Position numbers and translations under genes: made by a program. A stretch of DNA of 58,965 nt, counting the filler, from Catajapyx aquilonaris (taxonomy: Eukaryota): the NCBI GenBank assembly GCA_000934665.2. It is 3 parts of 3 records of this genome, joined end to end, with 100 filler letters (N's around TTAATTAATTAA, not from the genome) between each part and the next. Parts side by side here need not be neighbours in the genome. Positions count along the whole stretch, not along the records: positions 1 to 19,575 come from KZ539535.1; 2 more parts are not named here. The stretch is one strand, 5' to 3'. Of the stretch, positions 1 through 12,800 are shown piece by piece (positions within the stretch are counted from its first letter, which is position 1; every line of letters starts with the position of its first letter). The notes under the pieces are model-generated. The model did not search any database. It was not told the origin of the DNA and saw nothing but the letters and a program-made list of their open reading frames with translations.

Positions 1-1216
1 TTCATGATTTTTTTTATGAGGTCCGTCCCACTGTAAGACCAGGCCATGCAAATCTCAGACCTCCAGCCTTACCCAGTCCCGAGTTACAAGGGGCTCGTGT
101 GTAGAGTAACTAGAGGGTTCGTGTAAAGGTAGGGCAGTGCAGGTGGAGGGTGGAGGGAGGGAGGGTGGAGAGAGGAGGGAGGGTGTGAGGGTGTGAGGAG
201 GGCGGAGGGAGGAGGGAGGAGACTTGGCGGACGCACTGCCGTGCTACCCAATACAATGCCACTTTTTTTGTTTTTTGTTTACTTATATTGTAACATTTAA
301 GCAACATTTCTGAGTGAAATCTCTACACTGTCGTTCTCAAAATAATACTATATTTTGTGATTCGCAGCTTTCAATTTGCTAGATAATTATAATTTTGAGC
401 AAGATACATTTTCTTAATCAAAAGTATAACTTATTATGGACCCCACTATGAGTTGGGATTGGACATATGTAAATGATAAGTCACAACTAGTTTAAATTAA
501 TTTAACAAAAAATTTGAAATTAAACTTGGTTTAAACCAAAACAATCGGGTTTAAACAAAAAAAAAATGGTTTCTTCACCCCCTGCATTTAGGTCATACTC
601 AGTTCTAAATAGCCACCAAGGTCCTGACCTCACCCACAACTACTATGCCATGGCTCTCACTTGTATGGTGATGGAACTGGCTCCCGAAGTGAGATTGGGA
701 ATGAGGGCCATGGGGACAGGGGCCCCACCCTGCCTGAGCCACTGCCTCCCAAGGGTATTAACATTGAGTGAGACAAGTGGCTCAGTCCACCAGTCATCAC
801 CGGAACCATAATATATGATGACCTTGGCTTTTTACCACCTACAAGTTTAACATGCGAAAGAGATAACAGACAGCAGTGAGAGACTGAGAGAGACATCTCA
901 ACCACTGCACGAACATGACCACATGCAGAAGTGCATGGATAAGAGGTTGCAACTGCACATGTAACTACCAAATGTCACAATCTAAAAGAACCCCAGAAAT
1001 CACACTTTGCCAAAAGAATATCCATGGAACTGAATTTTTTTCAAGACAGCACAGAGCCAAATTTCGATCAACTCAAGCACATTATTTGACGAGTGTCCTG
1101 CACGCATTTTCATTTTGAATAACTTGTGTGTCCAACCCAGGCTCTTATTCAGAGCTAGATCAGATAAGATATTGGAGGTATGGGAAAAGTGCACCCAGAA
1201 CAAGAATTACTTACCT

Positions 1217-2469
1217 GGTAAATAGGGTTGTTTTTAAATGCATACAATGAAGGGACCTGGCTGGATGGCGGTCTGCAAATGAGTCCTGTGGAAAGAGAAA
1301 ATTGTTGTCTTTCAAAAATATACATTCAAAATCTTACTGCCATGGTAATTTTATGTCCACTGACCTGGTTGGAGGTGACTGGCTGAGCTCAGTGACCTGG
1401 AGGAAGAGGTACGGGCATCTACCCCAAGCTTGCTGGCCAGTGTTGCCGGCCCAGGTGGACGTCCTCGAGGAGGGTGTAAACTGTTTGGTATGAGCGGTGG
1501 TCCCATAGTGAAACTACCAGGGGCTGGAGCCATCGTTCCAGGTGTGCACTTAATTACGGCAAATAGAGGCCATAGAGTTGCGGGGAGTCCGTGATAAATC
1601 TTGGCTGGCAGCTCCCAGTCAGAAGTTGGCTCCTGATTGCGGTCATGACGGAACTTCTTCATACATGACAGTATATGTCGGTTCAGCTTCACTGTTGAAT
1701 TGTCCTCAAAGGAGCAGTTTGCACATTGATGAAAAGCTGGGGCTCTTTCCAAATGTCCTCTAACATTGTGTTCTGCTTCCATGTGAAACAATATGTAATG
1801 TTTACCCGAAGTTTCAAAGGGACAGAAATTGCAGCGGTATGTGTCATGCCGCATGTGTGGGGTCTCCAGGTGCCGTGCCATGACAAGAGGTGACTCCGTT
1901 TTGAAGTTACAAAATTCACACGTTTTGGTTTCAGAATGGAAAGGCTCGTTGTTCTCTTTTGAATCTTCAAGGTTACGCAAGAGGGATGAGATTGCATGTT
2001 GGGTGGCAGCAGAGGTCTTCTCACTTCCACACTCTGCCTTACGTGTTTGGGCCTGCAGCAAGTCTGTCTGGACATATTCTTGCACCAACTTCATTCCAGT
2101 CTGCATCAAGAACTTGCCCAGTGAACTGTCAAAGTTGTCATGAGGATACAGCAACTTGTTGTTATGTTTTTCCTTATCAATGACTTCGTCATCGTTCACT
2201 TTGTCCTTCTCCTCTTCTGCCTCACTACTTTCACCCTTTTCCTTTTCTCCACCCTTCCCACTCTTTGCCAATCTGCTGCAAAATTCTTTCACACTTTCTT
2301 TAGGTGGCTTTTCATAAACGTATGGAACTATGAAACTAGGTGCCTGAACTACAAACATATCGTCTGAAAGACCTGGGCACTCCATTCTGCCTGCATGTGA
2401 CACTGTTACCGACATAGATGTTGCTGTTGGTGACTGGTGCTGGTTGGCCCCTCCACTGGGTACAGCCAT
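1217..2469 (-). pseudogene. MEP-1: MEP-1-like (MOG-interacting and ectopic P-granules 1) C2H2 zinc-finger gene segment, probably disrupted; continues toward or beyond the window start
   Basis: ORF 1351-2469 contains FVVQAPSFIVPYVYEKPP, FDSSLGKFLMQTGMKLVQEYVQTDLL and three fingers (CEFC..HLETPH, CNFC..HMEAEH, CANC..HILSC), recognisable as the insect MEP-1 core. A further exon at 1287-1217 (ttccacag / GLICRPPSSQVPSLYAFKNNPIYQ / gtaagt) is not reached in frame: the ORF stops at 1351 before the gtaaga donor near 1338. Confidence 0.7.
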
Positions 2470-2628
2470 CTGGTCCGCCGCAGTCCGCCACCAGATTCAC
2501 GGTGTCACCTGATGATTATAAAGTAACTGAATGAACAGGCCAAAAGCGCCGCAACTAGAGGGATGCAGCACCCCACCTAACTACTGATATGCCAATCTAA
2601 GGTCACGGGGGTCTGAGGGGGAAACCTA

Positions 2629-3862
2629 CTTGCCCTAAGTCATAATTATTTGGCCACCCCCAAAGAAATGGAGTGGTGGGGTTATACACAAGATGTGATA
2701 AAATGTTTCCATTAAGATTATCTGAACTTTAGAATGGATAATTACAAATAGTAACAATTTAACTAGGAGGATACCAAATTTGAAGTTAATTTGACAGTTA
2801 ACAACTGAAATAAATACGATTATACCTTGGACAGTGAATTTCTGTGGGGTCTGGTAAAAATTGCTGCCACTATGTTTATTTCTTACTTAGTGGGATGTAA
2901 ATGTTGATAATGAACCTCAGGGGCCACACAAACCCAAAAACAGTATCTCTATCTCTATAAATAAGGAAGTTTGTCAGTTTGGATGTTTGTCCCTTATAGA
3001 AATCCGGGGGAAGGCCCCTACACCGCCTTGAATTAGCATATCGGGAGTTACATTTTTCAAGGAATTTAATGCCTCATGTTTCAGCTTCCGAAAATGAACC
3101 TAACACCCATAACACGCATATTCCCAATTAACCAATTATCAATTACCTATTTAACAATATTCATAGATTTCCATGGTAATGCCCTCATTACATTGTAGGC
3201 CTACCACCATAACATATACCCGGGCAACGCCGGGTAACCTGCTAGTTGACATTAATTACAAAAAATCTACCACAGAATTAGAAAACATTTATCATGGCTT
3301 GCATATATTAAATTTGCAGTGCATTTTTGAATTAAGGAATATTTAAAGCCATTTTATTTTAATTGAATTGAAATTTTTATCATAGCACATTGGACTGAGT
3401 TCTAGATAAACAATACTATCACATTTTAATTTATTAATAAATAACCCCATTAAATGTGGTACAGCCAAGTGTATCAATTTCTGAAAAAATCCACTTACGA
3501 TAAATAGTTTAATTCCGTGGTAGATTTTTTTGCAATTAATTTCAATACAGTTTTTGGGTTTGTGTGGCCCCTGAGGTTCATTATCAACATTTACATCCCA
3601 CTAAGTAAGAAATAAACATAGTGGCAGCAATTTTTACCAGACCCCACAGAAATTCACTGTCCAAGGTATAATCGTATTTATTTCAGTTGTTAACTGTCAA
3701 ATTAACTTCAAATTTGGTATCCTCCTAGCTCAATTGTTACTATTCATAATTATCCATTCTAAAGTCCAGATAATCTTAATGGAAACTTTTTATCACATCT
3801 TGTGTATAACCCCACCACTCCATTTCTTTGGGGGTGGCCAAATAATTATGACTTTGGGCAAG
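2629..3862. mobile_element. Foldback-like non-autonomous DNA transposon, about 350-bp inverted arms, TA-flanked
   Basis: ta-CTTGCCCTAAGTCATAATTATTTGGCCACCCCC at 2629 matches the reverse complement of GGGGGTGGCCAAATAATTATGACTTTGGGCAAG-ta at 3862; the arms stay complementary to about 3280/3510 once the Helitron insert is removed. Confidence 0.85.
2946..3245 (+). mobile_element. Non-autonomous Helitron (300 bp) inserted in the left arm of the foldback element
   Basis: Starts with TC, ends with hairpin CCCGGGCAACGCCGGG followed by CTAG, inserted between A and T with no TSD. The opposite arm shows the empty site (reverse complement ctgta|ttgaaattaatt). Confidence 0.85.
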
Positions 3863-4469
3863 TATATGAAAAATCTGAGTTGTAGTTGGGTGTTGTGAAC
3901 ATAAAATGTATCACAATTACATTTGAAAATATTTGTGATATACTGGTATTCAATATTGATATTGTAGCAGGAATTTCACCTAAAGGCGGGATATTAATTT
4001 ACATGATACAAGAGTTGGAACAAAAGTCATGGTATGCATTTTACTACCATATTAGCCCATGTGCCAGTGTTCTACTATGAAACGAATTTTCTCATGCAAA
4101 GTGGCATGGTTTGCAGGGAACTTTTTCGCATATCTCACATTGAAAAAAAAATCACAATTGAGGTGTTGACATGGGAAATGGCATAATAAATCACAAAGAG
4201 AAATGTGCCTCAAAAAAAAGTAGCCTACATTTAAATGTTAAACTCTTAAACTGCTTTTACTCTGACTTTTCATGACTTTTTGTAACAAAGTCCAACAATA
4301 TACATAAAAGCTTGTATGTAATAAAATCTGCTTCGGGTTGTTCTCCAAACGGTTTTTTGTGTGTTTTTTTGTGTGTTTTTTGTGTTTTTTTGCCTAGCCC
4401 GTATAAAAATACATGTAACCCTACAGTATGTTTGTGACTTGCATGCTTTCCCATGTCAAAGCCTCAATT

Positions 4470-4790
4470 TTTGAACATTCAGGGTAATCAGGTAGAAAGT
4501 CATGAGCCTTACGAGCATAATCAGTGAGGTGAAAAGTGTTCGGACCTAGCATCTGTCACATGATTGTATCAGTACTTCATAGTATGGCAAAAGAGGGGCC
4601 TTCCCACAAGTGCACATATTGTTGTGGCTGTAAACTTCAATTTCTCAAACCATTATGTTATTTGTGCAGAATTTCCAGACCCACAGACAGATCCCATCCA
4701 TCATGAGATCATATCTAAAAATATGATTCATGGTCCCTGTGGTACACTAAACCCAAACTCTCCCTGCACGAAGAATGGGAATGCACAAAG
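4470..4790 (+). mobile_element. Helitron Rep (HUH endonuclease) coding remnant
   Basis: Translation WQKRGLPTSAHIVV...ICAEFPDPQTDP...MIHGPCGTLNPNSPC matches the Helitron Rep motif EWQKRGLPHAHIL...SAEIPDP...MIHGPCG.N..SPC. Confidence 0.85.
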
Positions 4791-5974
4791 AGGTCAATCA
4801 GGCGAACCAGGCGCTGTTACGTTTAATTATATTCACAATGGATATCACTATTACATGACTGGCACCTTCGTGCATGGCCTTAGTTGCCTCATAATTACTG
4901 GACATTGGTGAATGAGAATAGCATATGATGGCAGATGCTGAAATGCCTTTCAATCCAGGGGCTAATGCAATGTTTCCATTCAGTATCCTTCCCATATTTC
5001 AGATAGCCTTTAAAAGTACCATAACTGCTCGAAATTAAGATGATTAGTGCAAAAAGGAGCTATACCTTCATCCACTCTGCCCATCTCCCCACCTCCTCAC
5101 AGTCTCAACCAGAGTTACAGTGGTTGACACAACTAATAGGATAAAACTGACAAGGGCTAATGAAGTGCAATGGAATGTTACAGCCTGCATTACGTATAGG
5201 AGAGCCTGTCTAGAACTGGTTTGGTTGCTAGACACAGTTTATGGCCAATCCGGAGATATAAATAGATCATGTGACTCTCTCAATAAATGAATATATTCTG
5301 TTGGTATTATCAAAACTATACCACATGTGATAATAAGTTTAGGAGAAAATGTATCCTGCAGCCATACAGCCATCAACACTTCAAGGTGGTGGTGGTGGGG
5401 GGGGNGGGTGGGGAGTTTCCCCTTACCTTCACTTTTTCTCCAGTGCTGATGGCTTCATAACACCAGGAAACCATTGGCCAAAACCAAACTTTTGTCATGT
5501 AGTAGTCTATACCTAACAACAAAAAGTAGACTGGATTTAGACATGGTCAAGTTGCAGTGTAAATGGCCCCACATTTATGGTCTTTAGCATATTAGTCTTT
5601 GGGTAGTGTGCAGGATGGCACTTTCCAGAGGAACACCCCCAAAAATAAACTCAGGGGAGGAGGGATGAAGTGCTTACGCCATGCACCCAGCAAACTCAGC
5701 AGCCAGGTGCACATTAACTGTGTTCCATTGTTGCCAATGGAACACTAATTTTAACTCATACATTTTCATTGAAGCATCACTTTGCACCTAGTAATCTCAG
5801 CAATTGAGAATTAGGTCCCATCCTATATGATCCAGGCTGCCTGAACCAAGAACAGCTTTTCAAAAAATTAATGTGCCAAATTTAGTGCAGGTTATGCTAC
5901 ACATCGCAAAAGTTGGCTGGCTGCCAGCAGTAATATTCATCCATCATCTTCCATAATCTTTGGATGGGTGTTCA

Positions 5975-6400
5975 CTTGACACCAACTTCTACAGCCCGGT
6001 ACAATCTAACCAGAACCTTGCTAATAACACTACATAATTGGAAATAATCCGCGGTGGTTTGACTTTTCAACGAGTTTAGTTTTAACCTGTATGTCTTTAT
6101 TTGTAACATTCCATTTGTAGCCACTTCCGGCCCGGCTAGGCGTCGAGGGTCGAGCCCACGTGAGACCAGGCCTAGCTGGTCCCTGTCCCCTTCTAGCCCC
6201 AAGGAGACACCAGTTTTTTTTAATTAGCACTCACACGAGTACACACAAGTCTAGACAACTCAACGTTACAACACCGGGGCCCAACGCCCCCCCCCCNCGT
6301 TAAGAAAGGGAGACACTACCCAAGCACCTACCAGACATCCGCCGGCCCTGCTGCGTCTGCCCCTTCCAAGCACGCCAACCCGCCCTTCATCTCCTTCCAA
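5975..6400 (-). mobile_element. Possible LTR retrotransposon remnant (solo-LTR-like)
   Basis: On the - strand a G-run (PPT-like) precedes TGTTGTAACG, then AATAAA, ending near TGGTGTCAAGTG (resembles a Leu-tRNA PBS). Boundaries are uncertain. Confidence 0.3.
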
Positions 6401-6526
6401 CCCTAACCATCAGATGGCCACCCTTACAAGTAGTACTTGCAAGTCCCCACTGCCCTCTGTGGCGCCATGTTAAAACTAGCAACGTCACACTCTGGTCTCA
6501 CATTTGGCACGCACTTTGTGTGTGAC

Positions 6527-7090
6527 AGTTGAATGTTACAATTATTGAATCCGGATATAACAACCACGGCTACATTCGCTGTAAGCCTGTAACAGACTTT
6601 CGATTATAACAGACTGGAAAGGCCGGTCCCGCCATACTTCCATAAGGCCCTGTGTATTTTTCAGATATTTTTACATTTTACTCCTCATTTTCACCCTCAC
6701 CTCGGGTATAACCGACCGTTTCTTGGCCCCTCGGTGGGAAAAATATGCCGCTTTTGATTACTCAACTAACTTTCTCACGCGAGCAAAGCAATGCACACTG
6801 GGGCGGGAGGTAATTTTCCCATCTGTCACTGATCTAACACTTGCAGAAAAGATCTAACTCATCCTTTTTCTGGTCATATTTGGCAAGAACCAGACGGAAG
6901 AAGAAAATGGCGTTTTTTTTGTTTTGTTTTTATTTTATTTATTTTTTACTGCTGCCTAACTTATGGGCGAGCTAATTTTGCATGTTCGTGGACAGTTTCA
7001 TTAATCAGTATGCAATAGTGTGCATTATAAGCATGTGAAAGCAGAAAACTTGCGATTTCGTTGAAAAAGTCGCGATGTGACTATAACAGG
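6527..7090 (+). mobile_element. Pogo/Tigger-like MITE fragment (TTGAATCCGGATATAAC terminal family)
   Basis: The same terminal motif occurs at 36587-36743 (both TIRs present) and at about 58745. Confidence 0.55.
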
Positions 7091-7092
7091 TG

Positions 7093-8722
7093 TTGGCGCC
7101 TTGGCAGAGACTTGATGCCCTTAAAACCTTTGTGTTCTCTGCCATATGGTGTTCCCGATGCGTACGGGACAGCTACCTAAATCGGAATGGACAAAAGTGG
7201 ACACACATCTTCGGCCGCTGATTAAGATGACGTTGTCATTGCCCAGCTGCGCTGCAAATGAGTACCTCTACGGGAGCAGAAGAGCAGGGGGATTTGGACT
7301 GCATGTGGCGGGAGACAATGCGGACATCTATTCTGATGTCGACACGGCGTATAAGCTTCTGACGCCCTCCGATCCAGGGGTGGTGCGGCTGGCTGAGGAG
7401 GACCTGGCAAGAACTGTGAGAGGTTGGCTCGGTCGAGATATTCAGGATTCGGACATCATGGCCTATCTGTCCGGGGAGTCTGAGGGTGAGTTCCAGATGA
7501 AGAGCAACAGATACAAAAACATCTGGACGGTTGCTAGGGCAGCCTCCGCCCGACTGCCAGCCACTTGGTCAACATCGGGTGGAATGCTGACGATTGTCCT
7601 GGGGAATGCCACCATACGTCCCCGTCAGCGGAAGGTGCTCGCCAGAACGATGAGAAGAGTGCTCCAGACCCAGAAGGACAGCGACCTTCGCAGCAAGCCC
7701 AGCAAGGGCAAGGTGTTTGAGTGCGTGGGCCAGTCTACAGCGTCCAGCCATTTCCTCTGGGATGGTAAATACACCCAATTCGCAGATTGGCGATTCATTC
7801 ATAGGGGTCGTGTTAATCTGGTGCCCTTGAATGGAGCTAAACCGAGGAAAAAGGATATAACCCGCCGTGCCGCCGCTGTCCTCACCCACAGGAGACCCTA
7901 CCTTACGTGCTGAACCACTGCAACGTGCATACAACATACATTATGAAGCGCCATATAATGCAATGGTGAGCCGCGTGAGGAAGGCAGCCAAGGGCAAGTT
8001 TACTATATTGGCGGAGAATCAGCAAGTGGACCCAGGATGCCCTCTCCGGCCAGACTTGTGGTGGCACAACAACGTGAGACCGCCATCATATTCTATGTCG
8101 CGTGCCCCTTTGAAAGTGGCCCTGATGCGTTTTCCGATGCTCGTCGCCATAAAGAAGAAAAGTACGCTAATCTGGCGGAAGAGCTGAAGAAGAGGTACTG
8201 GCAGGTGTCGGTCCAGGCCATAATCGTGAATTCCCTGGGGTCAGGGGACCCAGCAAACGACAAAATCCTTCGAAGAATATGCAGCCCCTCTTATCTGCGC
8301 CTGTTCCTATATGCTATATGTCAATATGTGTATCGTAGGTTATCACCGAAGCAGTAGTGGTGTAGTGGTATGGTGTCCGACTGCTAATCGGGAGGTCCTG
8401 GGTTCGAATCCCAGAGGCCGGCGACCCTGATCATGGTTTTCTGTGGTTTCCCATGGTCATCGCAGGATAATTCTGGGGTCGTTACCGTAATTATAGGCCA
8501 CAGCCACTTCCTTCCATACCTATCCTTGCCTCAATTCCGATGAAAAAGTATAGTAAAAATGGAAAGAGTTCCAGACAAAAAAAATTGGGAGAAATCCCCC
8601 CCTAATAAAGCCTAAAGGGCTGATAATGGGGTATCAATTATTATTATATTATCGTAGGTTATCAGTTGGAGCAGGAAGGGGTACAGTACATCGCACACAT
8701 GACCGGAGAAGATCAGAATTAG
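7093..8722 (+). mobile_element. 5'-truncated RLE-type non-LTR retrotransposon (Utopia/NeSL-like): RT thumb end, CCHC knuckle and restriction-like endonuclease; frameshifted and interrupted by a SINE
   Basis: LAPWQRLDALKTF (7093), YLYGSRRAGGFGL, FADWRFIHRGRVNLVPLNG, CRRC..ETLPYVLNHC (7868-7921), LRPDL..IIFYVACPFE..KEEKY, GSGDPAND. After removing the SINE the reading continues CVS*VISWSRKGY..HMTG. Confidence 0.88.
8346..8649 (+). mobile_element. tRNA-derived SINE, family A
   Basis: A box (GTGGTGTAGTGG) and B box (GGTTCGAATCC), (ATT)n tail, 15-bp TSD TATCGTAGGTTATCA at 8331-8345 and 8650-8664; close copy at 41516. Confidence 0.92.
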
Positions 8723-8871
8723 TGATTCTTTAGTATAAACCCCGTTCTTGGTGCCCCGTTGCTAAGTCACTTAATTCAGTGTATGGTCTAGAAGAAAGCC
8801 TTTCTGTCCATGCCTGATCCGACAACTTTTAAGGCCAGACAAAGTAAGCAAAGTATAACCAAACCAGTCTT

Positions 8872-11800
8872 TTAAGTGTCGAAGAAAGCCTTGGCGTCGC
8901 GTCCTCCCCTGATCTCACACCTTTTTTCGCCAGAGGAATATATAGACTTGGCGCGTTTTTTACGTGTGTTTTTGATGAGATTTATAATACAGCATTCCTT
9001 TTCATAATCAAGAAGAACGCAAGGTTTGCAATGTGGCCAAAATATATCTTCCTCACTGCTGAACATGGAAAAACACCCTATTAGTTCCAGATCCAGAACA
9101 GATGCTCGTTTCTTTCTGATCACCCTTCTGCTTGGGTTAGGAGATGGTTCACTTGATATGTCAGATTCAACAGACACCAGCCCTTCAGCCTTTTCAGGTG
9201 TACAGCCACCCATGACTTCTGAAGCAGCAGCCCAGGGCAGAAAATAATGTGCCTGAGATATCTTGATAAATAAATAGCACTTCCAAATTCCGAGATGTAC
9301 CAGTGTGAAGGTATATTAAATGAGTGGGTTTAGCTAATTTACAGGCAAATGGCCACCAGGAGAAAAATTATCCCTTTCCCATACCTTGAAGTATTTTTTC
9401 AAGGACTTGAAAAGGTAATGTTGTGGCAAGCCTTATGTTATATGGCAGAGACAATCAGATCAGAACAATCAGATAAAATACCCAATGGCAATATCGGTCA
9501 TGGTGAATTGGATTGGTGTGGATTGCAAGATTTTGTATTTCCTTTGGAAAACTGGAACTTGGACATGCATTATTATCAGACACGTTGTTGTTGTTGTCGT
9601 TGCTGCATTAGACATAATTTTTTTGCACTTAATGACAGTCTTAATTATCTTCCCTTCTACGTTTACATATCAACATTTCAGTGCTTTATTCAGCTAACTT
9701 TGTTTGGTAGTGGTAATCCTGATCAGGAGATGCGGGTGGAATCAGTTTCTCTCACCCAAGTTAGTAGGTATCCTGGATCCATTATATGTAGTGGGAAACA
9801 GGGCCGTGGAGAGCCGAGGCGGGTCCCATGGGTAACCTTCTAGCCCCCCCCCCCCCNCCACAACTTTAACAGCAGTTTTTTGAAGTGTGATTTTTTTTTT
9901 GCCTTTATCCCGAGTAGAATCTGGCTCAGATGACATTTTGTCAGTTTATTTAAATTATTTTATTTTATTTTATTCTTTATTATTTCGGCATTACAGGCCG
10001 TACGGGCCCCCTGGCTCCAGCCATACCTACCACCCCCTCTCGTCGGGCCTGGTGGGAAATCTACTCCCTCTGTGCAAGCCTACACTGTCTTATATTTGAC
10101 TTGTAGGACTTCAGCTGAGTAAGACCTTGGTTCATCATACTTGCTAACACCAATCTTTACTGAACATAATTGAACTCTGCAGCCACCTACTGCAACATCC
10201 ATTGAAAGGGTCAGACATACCACGAAAGTAAAAATTATATTTCCATACCTCAGTGTTTTGCCTCCTTACAAGATCTGCATCCTGCTGGGAGTTTCCCCCA
10301 TCAAGTGTGGAGTGTTGATAAGAATGTTCACGATGATGGGCATCTCCAGATGTCAAGACTGCTTCTTCACCTGCAAAAATGTGATGGCATTATATTGTGC
10401 TTCTACCAAGATAATCTCTATCTAGAAAAGAGGACATCCTTCTTTCCTTCTGTCCCAATGTCCATCAACTGGGGGGCAATAAGCCAGGGGCGGGGGTGTC
10501 AGAAGCAGGGTTGGAAAAAACCCGGGTTAAAAAAAAACCCCAACCCACATGGGTTTTATTGGGTTTTTGGGTTTTTTTCTGGCAATTTAATGTTTCGTTT
10601 CATCAAGCTGCATAATGTCCACTTAAAATCTCGAATGCTCTTAAATGATGCGCCACTTAAATGATAACCAATGGCTGTGCAAGATGCGAGGGAATTCCCC
10701 ACTGATGCAGTCAAATTTTCAATTTTGATCTTGGATGGGAGACTGCCAGTCTGCGTGTCTGCCACACTGGGAGAGTGGGAGTTGGAGTTGTGTTGTGGAC
10801 GGTGTTGGTGTGTCGAATACTTAAACAAATTTCAACATTAGGATGAAAAACTGAAAAAGCCAAGGTGGATTTTTACTTTTTAGTGGGTTTTATATAAGGT
10901 GGGTTTTTAGTGGATTTTTTAAAGGTGGGCCCACCCAAAAAAAACCCACTGGGTTTTTTTGGGTCGGGCCCACCTGTAACAACCCTGGTCAGAAGGCGTT
11001 AACATGTGGTAATATATTACGGACACTGCTTTCACTTTGCACCAATCAGGCCCTGGTAGGAGTGGGGCCCATCTTGCAACATTTGAAACTTAAATATATT
11101 ATGCATTGTCTACAACCAAGACCTTCAATACCAAATCCATGCACAGAATGTTTCATAATTCGATGGTCAAATTTCTCAGGTGACATCACAGGCATCAGCT
11201 GAACACGTCATGTAGCAATGCCATTTGGTTCATGCAGTCTAGTAAGTAGTAACCCAGCCATCCAGGCAATCACTGAATCAAAATTAAATAAATTCTGTAT
11301 TATTCCATATTCTAATCATCCCAGAGAAAGACTACAACTAATTCATCACTTAACTCCTAACACATTGCCTCCTACACCTCATGGGATTGCCAATAAAATG
11401 AAATTACATGGTAACACCTAAAATTAAAGTCAAAAATAGGTCATACAGATGAGAGACACTTGCATTACAGGATATTTTAAACATTGTGTTTTAAGCCAGT
11501 CAACTCAGTAAAGAGACGCAAATGACCAAGTTAGCACATCTACATACAGTGATCCTCTCTACCACAGTAGTTCGCCCTGGAAGTTTGTCAGTCAAATTAA
11601 TAAAATCCTTCTGTGCATCACACACATACCTATTTCCCAACCTGCCACCTTCTACATCTGACACATGGCTTAATTCGAGAAAGTTGGCAGCCCTTACTGT
11701 TATAAACTGTTGTGACCGCACCACCTCATGTTAAAGTTTCCTTCATAAAAATGCAAGTCCCCATCAACTCACACTGTCGCTCTCCACTCACTCTGCGCCC

Positions 11801-12092
11801 ACCACTCCATAATCATTCCTTCAGGGCACCCACTGGCTCATCCGTGAGTCCATTCGGGGCAGGATCGGTTCCAGTGAAACCATCACTCGTGGCAAAATGT
11901 CTTCCAGCAGCTCAAGGTCGACGGGGGCAATGGCTTGTTCCCCTGTAAGTGCTCTGCTAAATCCCCTGACACGAAAAGGAGAGACCCGCTGCTTCGGTCC
12001 AACCCTGTTCTACACACAACCCGGAAACAGCACAAATTAAAAGCAGAAAATTCTCTCAACAGAAGCTCACTTCCATAACGAGAAAGGCGCCA
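8872..12092 (-). pseudogene. Fragments of an unidentified spliced gene, divergent from the nanos-like locus
   Basis: CAAAATGGCG start context at about 12092 followed by AA|gtgagc donor; clean exon 10370-10249 (tttttgcag...ACTGAG|gtatgg, open frame); ORF 8872-9213. The coding-like stretch 12010-11545 has stops in all frames. No family recognised. Confidence 0.35.
10506..10987. mobile_element. hAT-like non-autonomous transposon
   Basis: CAGGGTTG...CAACCCTG termini; perfect 8-bp TSD GTCAGAAG at 10498-10505 and 10988-10995. Confidence 0.88.
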
Positions 12093-12800
12093 TTTTGAAT
12101 TCAGGGTGGGGAGAAAATCACGTAGCTGTCAATCGACATTAAATAACGAACGCCTAAGAGAAAACGCTATTTCTTAACATGACTGCCGAAAATAACCGTT
12201 ATGGAGGCAGCTTATTATATCTGCAAGCACTTCTGCAAGTCTTCGGCTGCTTATTTATCCGACGAGTGCAGTATTACAAGCTATAAATAACTCATAACAT
12301 TAATCAATATTCGAAAATTAATTACTAATCATATTCGGAACACGAAGGTGTAGCCATTATGTCCTGCGCGAGGTCCTGCGTTACGATTCAAACACATGTA
12401 TCTTAAAAATCTGAAGCAATATTGAGTATTAGGTTTGAAACTATTACCCATGTGGTGTACACCTTCTTCAGTATTGATGTGACAGCATGTAACACAACAC
12501 ATTTTATGGCCGTAAAAAACACAATGCACGTGTGGTGTTTCAGGTCTAATTTAAAACAGCAGGATTAAAATAGAATAAGAGTAAACGGTCTTTCGCGGGA
12601 GACTTGAACGTGTGCAGCAGTGACGAGCATGCCTAGCTGTCGATTGGCCGATCCCACAAGTAGTTCGCGGCAGCCAATCACGGCCCGTCTAAGGTGTGTC
12701 ATGGCTGCCCCATCGTGTAACTCCCCTCTTCCGTTCTAATGCGTAGTTTCCAACACAGGTTTCCAACGTCTTTCTCATTCTAAGTTCGAACGATCATGGA
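12060..12800. promoter_or_regulatory. Putative bidirectional promoter region
   Basis: YY1-like CGCCATTTTG at about 12088; inverted CCAAT boxes (GATTGGCC about 12642, GCCAATCA about 12673); locally CpG-rich; lies between divergent putative first exons. Confidence 0.4.

Noticed and set aside
8351..8425. tRNA-like heads at 8351, 41516, 40644, 27300-27368, 38761 and 47014
   Set aside because: They continue into SINE bodies with tails and TSDs; not functional tRNA genes.
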